DNA from: Salpingoeca rosetta
Lineage: Eukaryota; Protista; Choanoflagellata
Reading direction: 5' to 3'
DNA: 64,000 bases
Assembly: GCA_033442325.1 (NCBI GenBank)
Contig: JAWQFM010000003.1
Location: 222,724 to 286,723, forward strand
Shown here: in pieces, positions 20,780-34,400 of the stretch
How the letters are laid out: every line of letters starts with the position of its first letter
How positions within the stretch are numbered: the first letter of the stretch is position 1
The notes under the pieces: model-generated
What the model was told of the DNA's origin: nothing
Seen by the model: only the letters and a program-made list of their open reading frames with translations
Databases searched by the model: none
Translations under genes and position numbers: made by a program

Positions 20780-22728
20780 ACACCACGCCTCGCAGTTTGG
20801 TGGAGATGGACGTTGTCAACACTTTGTGTTCAAGCGCAGCCAGCCGCTCTGCCTTGTCACCTACAGTGGTGGTGCATATTGTGTGAAGGAATCGCCCACA
20901 AGAGGCACAAGCAAACAAACAAGGAGGCGTGCCTGTTGAGTAGTTGCACTGTGTGTTCGTATAAGCGTATGCTGTTCTGTTGTGTGTTGCTGCGTTGTTC
21001 GATGCGCATGTGTTGCGTCGGGAGTGTGGGTGTTTTCACAATGGTGTGGATTGATGTTGATGCCAGCTTTGGCCATGGTGATGTGCATGCATGGCTTGTG
21101 GTATTGTGGTAATGTGAGACATGTTGTTGCTGTCATGTGCCGTCATGTGCTGTGTTGTGATGTGGCTTAATGTCGTTTGTTTGTTTGTTTGTTGTTGTTG
21201 TTGTTGTTGTTGTTGTTGAATACAAGACCCCCTCTCTTACACCAGCTCCTTCACACTGCAACACGATTGCCAAAAGCAAAGCAGTGCGCCATACCTGTGG
21301 AGTGGATGGTCAGCGACGTGAACGCTGCGCAGTCCAGGTCATCTGCCGTCAGCCTCACCTTCACCAGCCGCTCTTCTGTAGATGTGTGTGTGTGTGTGAG
21401 TTATTTGAGTCGAGTGAGTGAGTAATTCGAGTCCAGAGAGAGTCATTTGAATGCGTGTGTAGTCGCCAGTCAGGTTCACGCGTATGTGTGCTGATGGAGT
21501 CGTGTGCACCAACTTGCAGGCTGGCAATGCACGCACCAATCATGGTGAGGAATTCTGCGCAAGAACACGAAGGGTTTGTTAGGACTTCTTCCCCGCTCAC
21601 AACGACCTCTTGCAGCGCATTGAGCTGCCATGCACGTCAGCACATGGCACGGTGAGTGTGATGTGAGCATCATCATTGTCACGTGCACTGGCCGCAAGAG
21701 CAACAACAACAGGAACGAGACAAATCAGCAAGAGAAAGAACAGCAGGAGCACCGGCAGTAGCCACCACGGACTCCTGCCACTCCACTCCACAATTATGGG
21801 CACCTGCTGCCGCCGTGACACGTATGCCTGAAGGAGAGCGCTCGTGTCCTCCAGGAATGTGGTGAGGTTGGTGCGTGCGTGCTGCCGGAGCCGGTCCAGT
21901 GGCAAGAACCCGGGCAGCGTGTGTTTGGAGAGCTCAAAGTGCTCCTCGTTGAACACCAGCACAGCAAAGTATTCCTCGTAGTAGGTGCCTTCGAAGCTTG
22001 TCTCAAAGCGAACCCCGACCGTCACGGGATCGATTGCAAACACCGCACACCCACCCAGCCGATATGCCCGCTGCAGTTCACTCAACTGCGTGCAGTGTGG
22101 CATGGCGCGGGTGTGAGTTTGCGTACGTGCGTGTGTGTGTGTAAGTTTGCGTGCGTGTGTGTGTGTGTGCAAGTGTGTGTATATGTGTGTGCAAGCTTGT
22201 ATATGCTTGTGCTTGTGTACATGTGTGCTGGTGGATGTATAGGTGTACGCACGCATGTGTGTGCAAATTTAATTCTGCTAACCTTTGCTCGTTTTGCGTT
22301 TGTCGCTGCTGCATCCACAACCTGCACAATATACGATGCATGGTCAGCAAGAAGCACGACATCAAGCACACGCGAGCAAACTTCCACCGAGTCACACACA
22401 CACACACACACACAGACACACACACACATACAGACACACATACAGAGAGAGACAAACAGACAGACGCCACCGAGTCACACACATGCACACACACACAGAG
22501 CGCGAGTAGGGCTGAGATCGCACCTCCTTCGCGGCTGGTCCTTGAAGGGAAGGATCGAGTGTGGCAGTCTTCTTGGACAGCGACTGCTGTAGCCTGTGCC
22601 GACGTAACTTCTGCTGTAGCAGCCGTTTCTCCCGCTGTAACTCAATCACTTGGAGATAAATCGTGGGTGAGGGCAGGCGAAGACACACACACACACACAC
22701 ATACGCACGCACGCACGGACAGGCAGAC

Positions 22729-22795
<67 letters not shown>

Positions 22796-22952
22796 CATAT
22801 ACACACACATATACACACACATATACACACACAAAAACACAGACACACAAACACACACACAGACACACAAACACAGACACACACACCCTCCTGTACTCAC
22901 GTTCTTGTTGCAGCTCGGCGTACACGAGCGCCTCCTCGTTTGCGTCCGCCAT
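20703..22952 (-). CDS. CENPO: Centromere protein O (CENP-O/Mcm21) homologue
   Basis: Coiled-coil N-terminus ([32 protein letters not shown]) then a CENP-O-like core AYRLGG...[21 protein letters not shown]...[13 protein letters not shown]...[18 protein letters not shown] (~21805-22086). Later exons [15 protein letters not shown] (~21295-21377) and [15 protein letters not shown] (20860-20703). One internal exon near 21430-21540 is not resolved. Confidence 0.8.
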
Positions 22953-23194
22953 CTTCGTGTAACGGCCTTTGCTGATATCGGCAGCGACTGAATTCAGATT
23001 TGGGCATGTAATTCGGCAGCAGTGGCAAACACCAACAAAACAACAACTTGCCCACCACCCCAGATCGACCTCATCCCACAGCTCGTCCCCCCTCCCCCTT
23101 CTCCTCACCACCACCCACCAACCACCACAACACACCCTTCGTACTCAAACCCGCACCCCCTCCCCTTTCAAGTCCCGTCTGCGCAGCGGTCACC
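22953..23194. promoter_or_regulatory. Probable bidirectional promoter between CENP-O and the RNF213-like gene
   Basis: Only 242 bp between divergent start codons. Confidence 0.5.
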
Positions 23195-25295
23195 ATGCTG
23201 CGGGTGGAGGTCGGCCAGATGGAGGCCGATCGCTCCGGCATGGGTGGTGGCATCGGAGCTGGTGGAAGAAGCAATGGCAGTGGCGGAAACGCGAATAGTG
23301 GGCGCCGGGGCCGGCAAGACATGACCATCCCAAGCATCGTCCAGCACAAGCGGGGCACAGTCCTGCTCACGCTGTTCGTGCCAAGGGCACTTGGCGAGCA
23401 GCGCACGGGTGACGACCTCGCCCAGAGCAGTGACGGTGGCTCATCGACATCAACAACACCAGCGATCAAGAAGATCAGCGTCAAAGAATGCACGCTCCTC
23501 GTACCAGACGCCGTCGCCAGCAACCACGGAAGCACAAGCTCTGATGTGGGGTCGCGCAAAGCTCCCACACCAACTTCCTCCCCCACCGAAGGCTCATCGG
23601 CAGCGTTTCGGGCACCGCTTGGCCGCATGGTCTCCGCGCCAGCACCGCCGCTCGCAACTGCGGGCCCCGCTGCCGCCAGTGGCTTTGACCGCCTCCATCG
23701 TATCGAATCCGATACCCACGCACCACCCGGCCCTCTGTCGCGCCAATTCAGCATGCAGCAACGCTTCAAACCCACAGGCGCAGCCGCTGCAGATGCAGCC
23801 CGGCAACCTGGGCAACCTGGGCAATATGGGCAACCTGGGCAGCATACGGTGCACGGTCTCGTCCCTGCGTTCCAGTTGGCCGACACTCCGCAGCTGGCAC
23901 ACCGCGAAGACCACCTGTACGTGTGCGAGTTGCAGACGCCCCGGCTCTCCCCAAAAGCCTGGCGCTGGATTGGATCGCCATCAGGGTCGCCAGCCAAGGA
24001 CAAGCAGCAACAGCAACAGCAGCAGCAGACGAAGAAGAAACAGAGCGGCGAGGCTTCGTCGCAAGACGGCGACAATGGTCTGCGCAAGCGATGCGCTGAC
24101 GCTGCGCGCTTTGAGCTGCAGATCAAGCTGTCCATCTCATTTGCGGCCAAGGGACACCAAGGCAGCACGCAGGCCGGCCTTGTGGAAGAGGTGAAGACGC
24201 TGTACTTGAGCATCGACCAGTCAAACGCAACAAACTGCGTCAAGTTTGCCATCGTGCACATGCCCACCGCCAAGCAGCCCCCAGCGAGCCCCATCACCCT
24301 GTGCGCCGAGTACATGGCATATGTGGCCGCATCCAGGCCCGGCCTTGACAGTGGCGCTGTCAAGCGTGGCCCCATGTTGGCACAGGCAGCGTGGCTCGTC
24401 TGGCACCAAGCGTTGCTCCTCTCCACGCTTCGAGGGTGTGTACATTGTTGCTCGTGTGTTGTGCTGAGTTGTGTGCTCTGCTGTTTGGTGCGTGGCTCTG
24501 TGCTTTTGTGTTGCGAAGCGCACGTGTTCTGTGCCGTGTACCTGAGCACCTGGGAGTGCAATTGTCACCATTCCTCTTTCCTCACTTCACGCATGCACGC
24601 GCGTACAGTTGGAAGTTCATGGACCGCTCCTATCAGTCCCTTCGTGTCACCTTTGACGCGCTGGACAAATATGGCATGGTCGGTACACAGCAATGCACTT
24701 GTGTGTGTGTGTTTGCTGGATGCCTGTGGACGCCCGCCATCTCCAACTTGCTCACACCCCTCATTACCCTCACACACACACACACGTACACTCGCGCGCG
24801 CACACATATGCACACACACACGCACGCACACACACATGAACACACACTCACACACACACACACTTATGCACACACACACTCACATGAACACACACTCATG
24901 TACACGCTCATTGCTGGCAGGATTCGCTGGAGGCGTTTGTAGCGCGGGCGTGCCTAACGGGCCAAATCCTGCGGTTTGCACAGCACCACCGCAGCCTGAT
25001 CCAGTTTTCGCCACGTGTTTGGGAGCTTGCGCCTCTCATCACCCGCCAAGCAGCCGCCGACGCCATTTCAACCTGGCTGAACCAGCGCAGGTCCCTCACC
25101 GCGTGGGAGCACGTACGTATGCGTATGATGATGTGTGGATTTGCAATGTGCATGTGTGTTGTGCATGCGTGTGCGTATGATGTGTGGATCTGCTTGTGCG
25201 CATTTGCGTTTGGTGAATTTGTGGTGTGTCGGGTATGCCATACCATTTTTGTTGCGTGAACTCATACAACATTACTTGACCTTTGGCTTTGCCTT

Positions 25296-25382
<87 letters not shown>

Positions 25383-28300
25383 TGCCGTGCATTGGCTCAT
25401 GTCAGGGCCTGGAGATGCTATTGTTTGTGTTCAAGCAAGCGCTGCGTGGGCTGATTTGCGTGGACATGACATCCATCCTGACCTCCTTCCGCTATCCGCG
25501 CGTGTTCCCCGTGCTTACGCGTGTCCGCGCCATGCCAGCTCGCCCTGCACTTGTTTGGGGCACACCTTACAAGGCTTTTGCCTTTGGGAACGGCCTGGCC
25601 CTTGCCTTGGCTGCGCTGAGGGAGGTGAAGCCTGCTGCCCTGCACATCCCCGGCACAAAGCAGCCGCCAGCAACACGCAAGTGGCAGACGCAAGTGCGGC
25701 AGCCGTTCCACCTCTCAGGTAGAATGCGTGTGAGCGCTGCTGATGAGTGTTGGTTGCCTGCGTGGTTGTGCATGTTTTCCGAGCGACATCAATGAGTGAC
25801 ATACATGTGTGCAGGTGTATGCTTGCGCGCGATAACTCCATATGTGTATGTGTATGGTGGTGGGCAACTCGCGTGCGACATTCGTGGGATTTTCCCTGTG
25901 CCGTTTCACACGCGCGTCTTTATTGTCTGTGGCTACCCTGCGCCCGCCCTCTCGACCACCACGGCCACATGACTCATGTCGGTGCACATCATTCGTCATC
26001 TCACCATTCGTCATCTCACCATCCCGATCTTCTCCTCCTGTCTTTCCCCTTTCCTGTTGCATGCCTCATCGCTCCTCCCCGCCTCCACGCGCGCTTTCTC
26101 CCTTGCTCCAAGTGTGCCACTGGCTGCTGACGGTGCTTGACCAGCACATGGGTGCACTTGAGGCTGCGCTCGCCGCCGCGTCCCGCAGCAAGCGTGTGCT
26201 GCACCATCGCCTTCGCAGCGCCATTGCCGACGGCGTGCTCCAGCCGAGTGATGAGCAGATGCTCACCGACGTGCACACGCGCGTGAATGCAGGCGAATGC
26301 CTTGTGCAGGACCTGGGCGCCACGCTAGCAGCATTGCGTAAGTGGGAGAAGACGGCCTTGGACGAGCGTGGGAAGAGCTTTAAGGACACCACACTGCGCA
26401 CGCTCATCTACACGTTCAACTTTGGGCTGGCGGATGAAGACAAAGCCATCATGAACGCCCTCATGGACTTGATGCCCGCATCGGCAAAGAAGGGAGGCAG
26501 TGCTGCAGGAAAAGGCACAGCTGGGCCAAGTTCATGGGCACGAGGTGGCGACGAAAATGATGATGATGACGACGATGACGACGATGGTGACGATGACGGT
26601 GAGGATGAACTGGAGGATAACGACGATGATGATGAAGTTGATGATGTTGATGATGATGATGATGATGATGACGACGATAGCGGCGGCGCAGGTCGGGGCA
26701 GACAAAAGCGAAAGGGAAAGAAGAAAGCAAAACAGAAGAACGCGCCACTGGAGCTTGGTCCCCGTGACTTCCGCGTCACCACCATCAGCGGCACAGGCAC
26801 CCGAGGTTGGTGTGTGCGTGGGTGAGTGGGTGGGTGAGTGAATGAGTGAGTGAGTACGTGTGTGTGTATTGGGACATGCCACGCGCACGCCTCTGCGGCT
26901 GTTTGGGCGTTTGCTCTGCTGTTGATCATGTGATGTTATCTTGAGCCACCGCTCCACACCCACCCTCCTTTCTTCCTCCCACTCAACTGCACGCATGCAC
27001 GCACGCCCGCTCACTCGTGTACATTGTGTACATTGTGCGCAAACAACATTGTGTGCTGACATCACAACACATCACATCACTAAAACGCAGGCAACCAGGA
27101 CACCCCCATCGAGGTTGTTGTTGACACACACAGAGGCAAAGGCAAAGGCAAAGGCAAAGGAAAGAAGGACACGGGTCCCGCATCGGCAAGCACGGGGTTG
27201 TCACCAGCAGCGTCGGCAACTGATGGTGGCACGCGCCGACCAGAGAGGGAACAGGACACTGCAAAGGAGAAGAAGAGGAAGAAGAAGCCCAAAGATGAGC
27301 GCCCTTCGTTCAACTCGCCCCAGGACGTGCTCTCTCTGCCAAACGGAGACATTGTTGTGTGCGACCGCGACAATGCGCGCGTGCGTGTCATCACACCAGA
27401 GGGGAAGGTGTCCACCGCGCTTGGGGTGGGCAAGCGTGGCCACCAGGATGGCGTCGGCGCAGGTGTCCGGCTGGCAGGACCACGCGGCATGACGCAACTT
27501 GCAAGCGGCTCATTTGTCGTCACTGATGCAGAGAACCACTGCATTCGCGAAGTCTCATCTGCGCTAGCCAAGGTGGAGACGATTGCAGGGTGCACACGTG
27601 CTGGCGTGCGTGATGGCGACGCGGCGGCTGCAGAGTTCCGTTACCCAACACATGCGCTCGAGATTCCACGGCAGAAGCTCATCCTTATCACAGACACGGG
27701 AAATCACACCATCCGCGCCATCAGCCCGCCCGACGCGGTGCGTGCGCTGTCGCATGTATCTCTAATCGTCATGCATGTTGCATGAACTCTCATGCGTGTG
27801 AAAGGTCATTGCGCTGTTGTTTAAGTTGTTGTCGTTTAAGTTGTTTAAGTTGTTGTTGTTGTTGTTTAAGTTGTTGTTGTGTTTAAGTTGTTGTTTAAGT
27901 TGTTGTTTAAGTTGTTGTTTAAGTTGTTGTTGTTGTTGAAGTTATGTCTCACTCACAACCCAGTGCTGTGAAAGGTGTGCACAATTCTCAAGTCATGTCA
28001 TACCATTTGATTTGATTTCACCGCACTCATCCATGCCATCGCCCATCCCGTCACACATGCGCATGCAAACGCCAACAGAAGGGCCATCGGACGGTGCGAA
28101 CGGTGGCTGGGCGCGCTGGACGGCCCGGCCACACAGATGGCCCTTCCGGAACCACCATGCTCGACACGCCCGCATACATGGCGCTGCTTCCAAATCGCAA
28201 CGTCGTCTTTACAGATGAAGGCAACCACTGCGTTCGCGTGCTGGACACCAAGTCGTGGCGTGTTGAGACCCTCTTTGGCACGCCCATGCGCCCTGGCAAG

Positions 28301-28839
28301 CGCGTCGGCGTGGGAGTTCACGCCCTGCTGCGCGCACCGTCAGGTAAGACAGAAGGGGGGCAATGTGGCGAACGTAGTCGAAGGCGTGAGTGCTTGCGTG
28401 CGTGCGTGCGTGTGTGTGTGTGTTAACTCATCACCAATCTCCGCCAATATGCGTGACTTGGCCTTCTTCCTGCTGTTCTTGTTCTGGTTCTTTGGTTCTG
28501 GTTCCTTTTTCTGGTTCTTTGTTCTGGTTCTGGTTCCCGTTGTTGTTTCTCTCCACAATGTTGCGTCATCATGCTACCACGCTCCTTGCTTCGAAATCGT
28601 TCCAACGCGTTCACGGCGTTCACTCACACCCTTGAACACCACAGGCATCGTTGTGAGCCCAGGAGGCGACATCTTTGTGAGCGACACGGGAAACGACCGC
28701 GTTGTCATGTATTCGCCAGTCACGCAAGAAGTCATTGTTGTTGCTGGCGGATTTGCAGGTAAAATTCACGCACAAGAAAACCTCCCGCACATGTCATTGT
28801 GCCCGCTCTTTGGGCACGTGTGCACGTTTCGTTGTATCG

Positions 28840-28904
<65 letters not shown>

Positions 28905-31332
28905 ACGCAAACAACCCTTACCCCCGCACGCGAATGCATGGAATTGTGCTCGAACACACTGAGTACTCACACGCTTTCACGATGATCACCAACAGAGCGG
29001 GAAGATATGGTGGATGGACACGGGCGCGCTGCAACACTGCAGGGCCCACGTGGCCTCACCTTTGACAACGGGGGTTGCTTGATTGTGGCGGAGGGCGCTG
29101 GTCACCGCGTCCGTCGCATCGCAACACCGGCTGCCACGGACCGCGCGCGCCTGCACCTGGACACACTCATGCGCCCCATCGCGCGCACGTACGCCAAGCT
29201 GAGCGACGCCGTGAAGCGAACGTACAACACCGCCAACAACACTGTGCGCGCACTCAACGCAGCGGCAACATGCATCAACGAAACGCGACAGAAGCTCCTG
29301 CCGAAAATGTATGCGCGCGAGGCGGCACACGCGATGGCCAACCTGCACATGTTCAAGCAGTCACCCGACCTGCTGCCACAGCTGGATGCCCTGATTGGCG
29401 CCGTGCCTGTGCTGCACAGCCTGCAAGACGTGATCACACCGCAGGTGTTAGAGGACCCCATGCTGCGCTCCCTGGCCAGCGACAAGCTGCTGGAGGTGCT
29501 TGGCGAGTACTCGTGGTCACCGCACGCATACACGCGTGACATGCAGCAGCTGATTCGCCTGGCAGAGGCCCACTTCCTCACCACCCTCCACGGGCAGACG
29601 GTGTTTGGTTCCAAGGCGTTCCGCTCCCGCCCGCGCATCGACGTCGACGGGCCGTCGCTCACCCTGCTCACCCTGCTGCTCCAGCAGAACAACGGCAAAG
29701 GGTTTTCTGACCCCACCTTCCGCGCCGCCGCGTTTGGATGGATCACTCGGGTGCAGGAGGAGCGGTCCGGTGCTGCCGCCGCATCGGCAAAGGCCAAGGA
29801 GATGAACGAGCAGCAGAAGCAGAGGCACCAGAAGCAGCAGCAGCAGGCGGCAACCACGGGCAAGGGGGCAGCAGCAGCAGCAACAGCAGCGGGGGCCACA
29901 CTGGGCGGCCCCACGGACAGCAGTGGCGTCGACAACATTGCGTCTCACTCACGCCGCTTGGTGCGGGCGCTGAAGTGGTGGTCGGCGTACAGCATGCCGC
30001 GCGACCCTCTCCAGGTGAAGACACTGCAGTGGCTCATGGCTGGTCACCTGCAGGGGCTGACAGCAGGACGCCTGCTGCTGCCGTCGCTGGCGACACTGCC
30101 AGTCATCTTCAAGGAGGTGCAGCTCGCACCAGGCCACGCCAGCGTGCTTGTCAATGCGCTGACTGCAGGAATCACGCAAGCCGATGTGGCAGAGGCGGTG
30201 TGGGACGAGATTGCGCCGTTCATCGCCAGCTGCGGCAGCAGTGCGGGCCTGTTGCGCAACGCGCTTGCACGCCACGTTATGCGACAGCTGATTATCGCTG
30301 TGATGCAGGCTGTGTTTGGCAGCAACGTTGCCCAGCGTGACACGCAGCGGCCGCTTCTCCGCGGGTACGCTTTCCGGGCGGCAGCGAGGCTGCTTGCATG
30401 GAATGCTGGGGACGCAAAGGTGCGTTTCATGGCCTCGGATCCAAAGGTGGTGGTGTCGGGCAAGCAGCAGCAAGGGCCCACCCGCGGTGGCGGCGATGGA
30501 GGCCAGCAAGAGGGCGAAGCCAGCACAGTACAGAAGCAGCAAAAGGGCACAAAGAAGGGCACGAAGAAGGACAAGGCGCAGCACGACGCCAGCGTACCTC
30601 AGAGCACTGCTGCTGAAGAAATGAAAGCGGTAAGCAGCGAGCTCCACGAGATTGTGCGTCGCATCACCGCAACCGTTGGTGCGCAGTACCGCTCGCTCGT
30701 CACCACCACGTGCAGCCTCTCGGCGCTCTCAGCCATGCACCAGCACAGTGCCACCTTCCGTGACATGTGCTACAGCATCAACATTCGCCACGGCATGCCA
30801 GCGCTGACCACGTGCGTTCGGTTGCGCGACTCTGCGCTCGCTGTTCTCAACAACGCCCGCGAAGTGGCCCTTGACCTGATGGTGGGTACCGAGGTGGCGT
30901 CTGCCGTGACACACGTCTCCGACTGCGTGGACACGTTGCAGCTCGCCGAACTGTGCCGCTTTGTGCAGCTGACGCTGGTACACCCAAAGGCGATGCAGGC
31001 GTTTGCGGGCGAGTGGGCGGTGGAGGCAAAACCGTACCTGACGCTGAACGACGGGCAGACGATTGCCGAACTTGACCCACCACTACCGTCGCTCCCGAAG
31101 CGACTGCTCACTGCTGCCGAGTGGCTGCAGAGCGTGCGCGGGGCCGAGCTGTTTCGGCACATCTGGCAGGACTGCACGCAGGATGTGGTTGGGATTTGGG
31201 AAGTCGCCGCCGCATGGCGTGGCTTCTGGACGCAGCTGCAAGACGGAACCCTCTCCCTGGACAAGTGAGTGCCGCTCCACGCAACGCTATCTTTGCGTTG
31301 TGAGGCGTGGGCATACTCTCACACACACACAA

Positions 31333-31363
<31 letters not shown>

Positions 31364-31400
31364 CACAAACATACACACACGCACACACACACACACACAT

Positions 31401-31476
<76 letters not shown>

Positions 31477-34400
31477 TCACGCAACCCAAAACACCACCGC
31501 CTCCCTCCAAACACACACGCAACAGGTTGTATCAGCTGTCCCCAGTGTTGAAGAAGGAGTCCCTAATTCTGCTGGCGCAGACAGCACACTTCAAGCCAGA
31601 TCACGATGTTGCTGCTGCCGTCACTGATACCACCACCAGCAGCAGCAGCAGCAGCAGCGAAAGGGCATCGACAAGTCAGCCATCACCAGCAACAGTGCAA
31701 GGTGCTGGCGTGACTGTAGTCACAGCAGCGGCGACATCCGCAACAGAGCAGCAAGAAGATGCTGAGGCAGACGGCGGCACAAGCAGCAGCATTGTCAGCG
31801 ACACGCTTGCTCTTCGCATTCGAGCAGCCGCAGACAAGAGTGACGACTTCTTCTTGCTCGTCGGAGACCGGCTGGAAGCTGAGAAGTGGGTGAGCGAGCA
31901 CGGCGGAAGCCTCGGCCAGACAACACGCCTGGTGGACCTTGTACGCCACGCAGACCACGTCACGGCGGTGTTGCCCCTCATGGAGCAGCTTCTTCTCGGC
32001 TCAGCCAGGCCCGCACTCCGCTCCGTGCGCAACGCCGTCGACCACGTGCAGCGCAGTCTTCCGCAGGACTGGAGGCAGCAGCCCATCAGCACCGTGGCCT
32101 TCATTCTGCCCACGTCGTCACGGGTGGACAGACGGTACATGGCAGTGAGCCAGGACGTGCTGCGGCAGCTGAAGCAGCACGGGGACCTGCTGCACTGGCT
32201 GCGGTCGTTCCACAACGACCAGGAGTTCAAGGCCAGCATCGAGATGGCCATGGGCAAGACGGAGAACGAGTGCCCCTTTGAGCTGTGGGTGAACGGGCGC
32301 GTGGACGAGGAAGTGCTCTCCATGCTCGGTGCTGTGCGGCGCCACTTCTACCCGTTCTTGTACCGGCAGCACGATCAGCTGAGCCATCCAAGGGCGCTGC
32401 TCGAGCCGCTCGTGGCCCTGCGCACGCCGCCCGCCAATCTCGACAGCACGCTGACCCGCCTGTCGGGCCTGCTCGACCCCCTCGTGTCCCTCGTTGATGC
32501 CGTGGGGGACGCGGGCACAACGCAGCTGCTGCAGCTCATGCAGCCGAAGACGCAGGCAGCGTGGGTGGTGGTGCAGGCGCCAGGGCAGCAGCAGTCAAAC
32601 GTCTTCCTGCAGTTTTTCCTCCCTCGCAGACAGAAGACAGACACACAGACGAAGAAGCAGAAGAACAAGAAGAAAAAGAACACCATGACAACGCAAAAGA
32701 CGAAGCATGACGGCAGTCACGAGAGCGAGAGTGAAACGGCAGCCACGAAGCAGGCACAAGACCCTGCTCACAGCAAACCGGCAGCAACAACAGGAACAGC
32801 GGCACCTGCTTCAACAGCCGCACCGAAGAAGCAGGATGTGGGTCGGGCGTACTACCAGCGCTCATTGGAGGAGCTTGAGGACTTCCACGCGCGTCTGCTG
32901 CTCAAGACGGAGAACAGGTCTGCGCAGGCCCAGGCTGCTGTGGCGCATTTTGTGGAGCAGTTTGCGTGGGTTAAGAAGCTTTCTTCCACGGCTGCGCAGC
33001 TGCACGAGGCAGGGCACCTGCACTACTCGTCGTACCTGTTCCACTTCCCGCTTGCCCACGATCCACAGCAGATTGTGGAGGCGGCACGGCACTGCAGCCG
33101 CCAGCTCAGCGCGTGGGAGGAGGGCGTGCGCACGCTTCGAGAGCAGTACTATGTCCTCAACGTGTACACGCCGCAGACGGCCTGGTCGCTGCTGCACCTC
33201 ATGCACCGCGCGGAAAGCACAGCCGCAGGCGAGCCCAGCGAAACCAAGGGGATGCACGACAAGCAGGGCACAACCACGAGCGACACCACTGCTTCTACAG
33301 CCAACACAACGTCAACAGCAGCAGCAGCAGCAGCAACGACAGCACAGGCGGGGAGCGCAGCGGCCAAGCAGGACTTGCAACGGCTGGTGTCAGCGATGCT
33401 GATGCTGTGGAACGCAGACCTTGGCTGCGATGACTTCACAGTCGCGTGCTTGTACGATGCGCTGCTTTGTCTGTATCGGCGACACGAGCGCCGTCTACGC
33501 CGCAGCCTTGTTGCCGTGCCAATTCAAAAGACGGACAGCGGCTACGTACAGCTCAAGCAGAGCTTAAGTGCCCCCAAGCGCGGTGTCGCCTCTTCGGACG
33601 CCAACGGCGCAGAGACCATGTGGTTCTCGCACGTGTCCTTCCACACGCAATCGGCAGAGCTGCAGCCAGGGCAGCGTGGCACGGGAACGGCGGCCGGTCG
33701 CCTTGGGTCGGCATCTGCGCTTCGCACCATGGCCCAGATGCTGACCACGTGCCTGGGCGGCTATGAGCCTCGCTACCGGGACTTGCACGACGAAGTTGCA
33801 GCGATGACAACCGATGCTGGAACGCCCTTGGTTCTTGGTGGAGCGACAACCAGAGGAAGCGACACGGCGGCAGCAGCCGCCGCAGGTACAGGAACAGCAG
33901 CTGGAGAAGACCTGGACGATGACGATGAGGGTGATGGCGATGATGATGGCGATGGAGAAGGTGGTACTGTCGCTGCCCGTGACGAGCGCGCGCGCACGCC
34001 AATTGCACATCTTCCCTCCCGGACTGCGACGGGGTCCGCTGAAGCCAGCAGGCAACACGCGTCCGACGCTGACGACTTGGAGCAGGCAGCGCCGGCAGCA
34101 CACGTGCAGACCTACGGGGACGGCGTGAATCTGGTGTGCGTGGAATCGCACGAAGAAGCGATCGACACGGTGCTGTCTGCATATGCCCTTCACCGACAAA
34201 TGCCCGAGCACGCTACCATGCTGCTGTCTCGTCCTCACACGTCCGTGCAGGAGGTGGTGCGGTTTGTGGCCCGCTGGGGACAGACCGGCTCGCACAAGAA
34301 GGTTGCCACGGCTGCCCCGACAGAAGCAGCAAGGCAGCAGCGCATGCCGAGGACCTGGTCGGACGCTGGCAATGGTGTTGGTGATGATGAAGACGAGTTG

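Noticed and set aside
26408-26929. Ser-rich minus-strand ORF and Met/Ile-rich alternative frames
   Set aside because: Alternative readings of the (GAT/GAC)n poly-Asp tract in exon 5 of the RNF213-like gene.
27814-27945. Repeated gttgtttaa units resembling a regular array
   Set aside because: Degenerate intronic (GTT)n microsatellite without unique spacers; not CRISPR-like.
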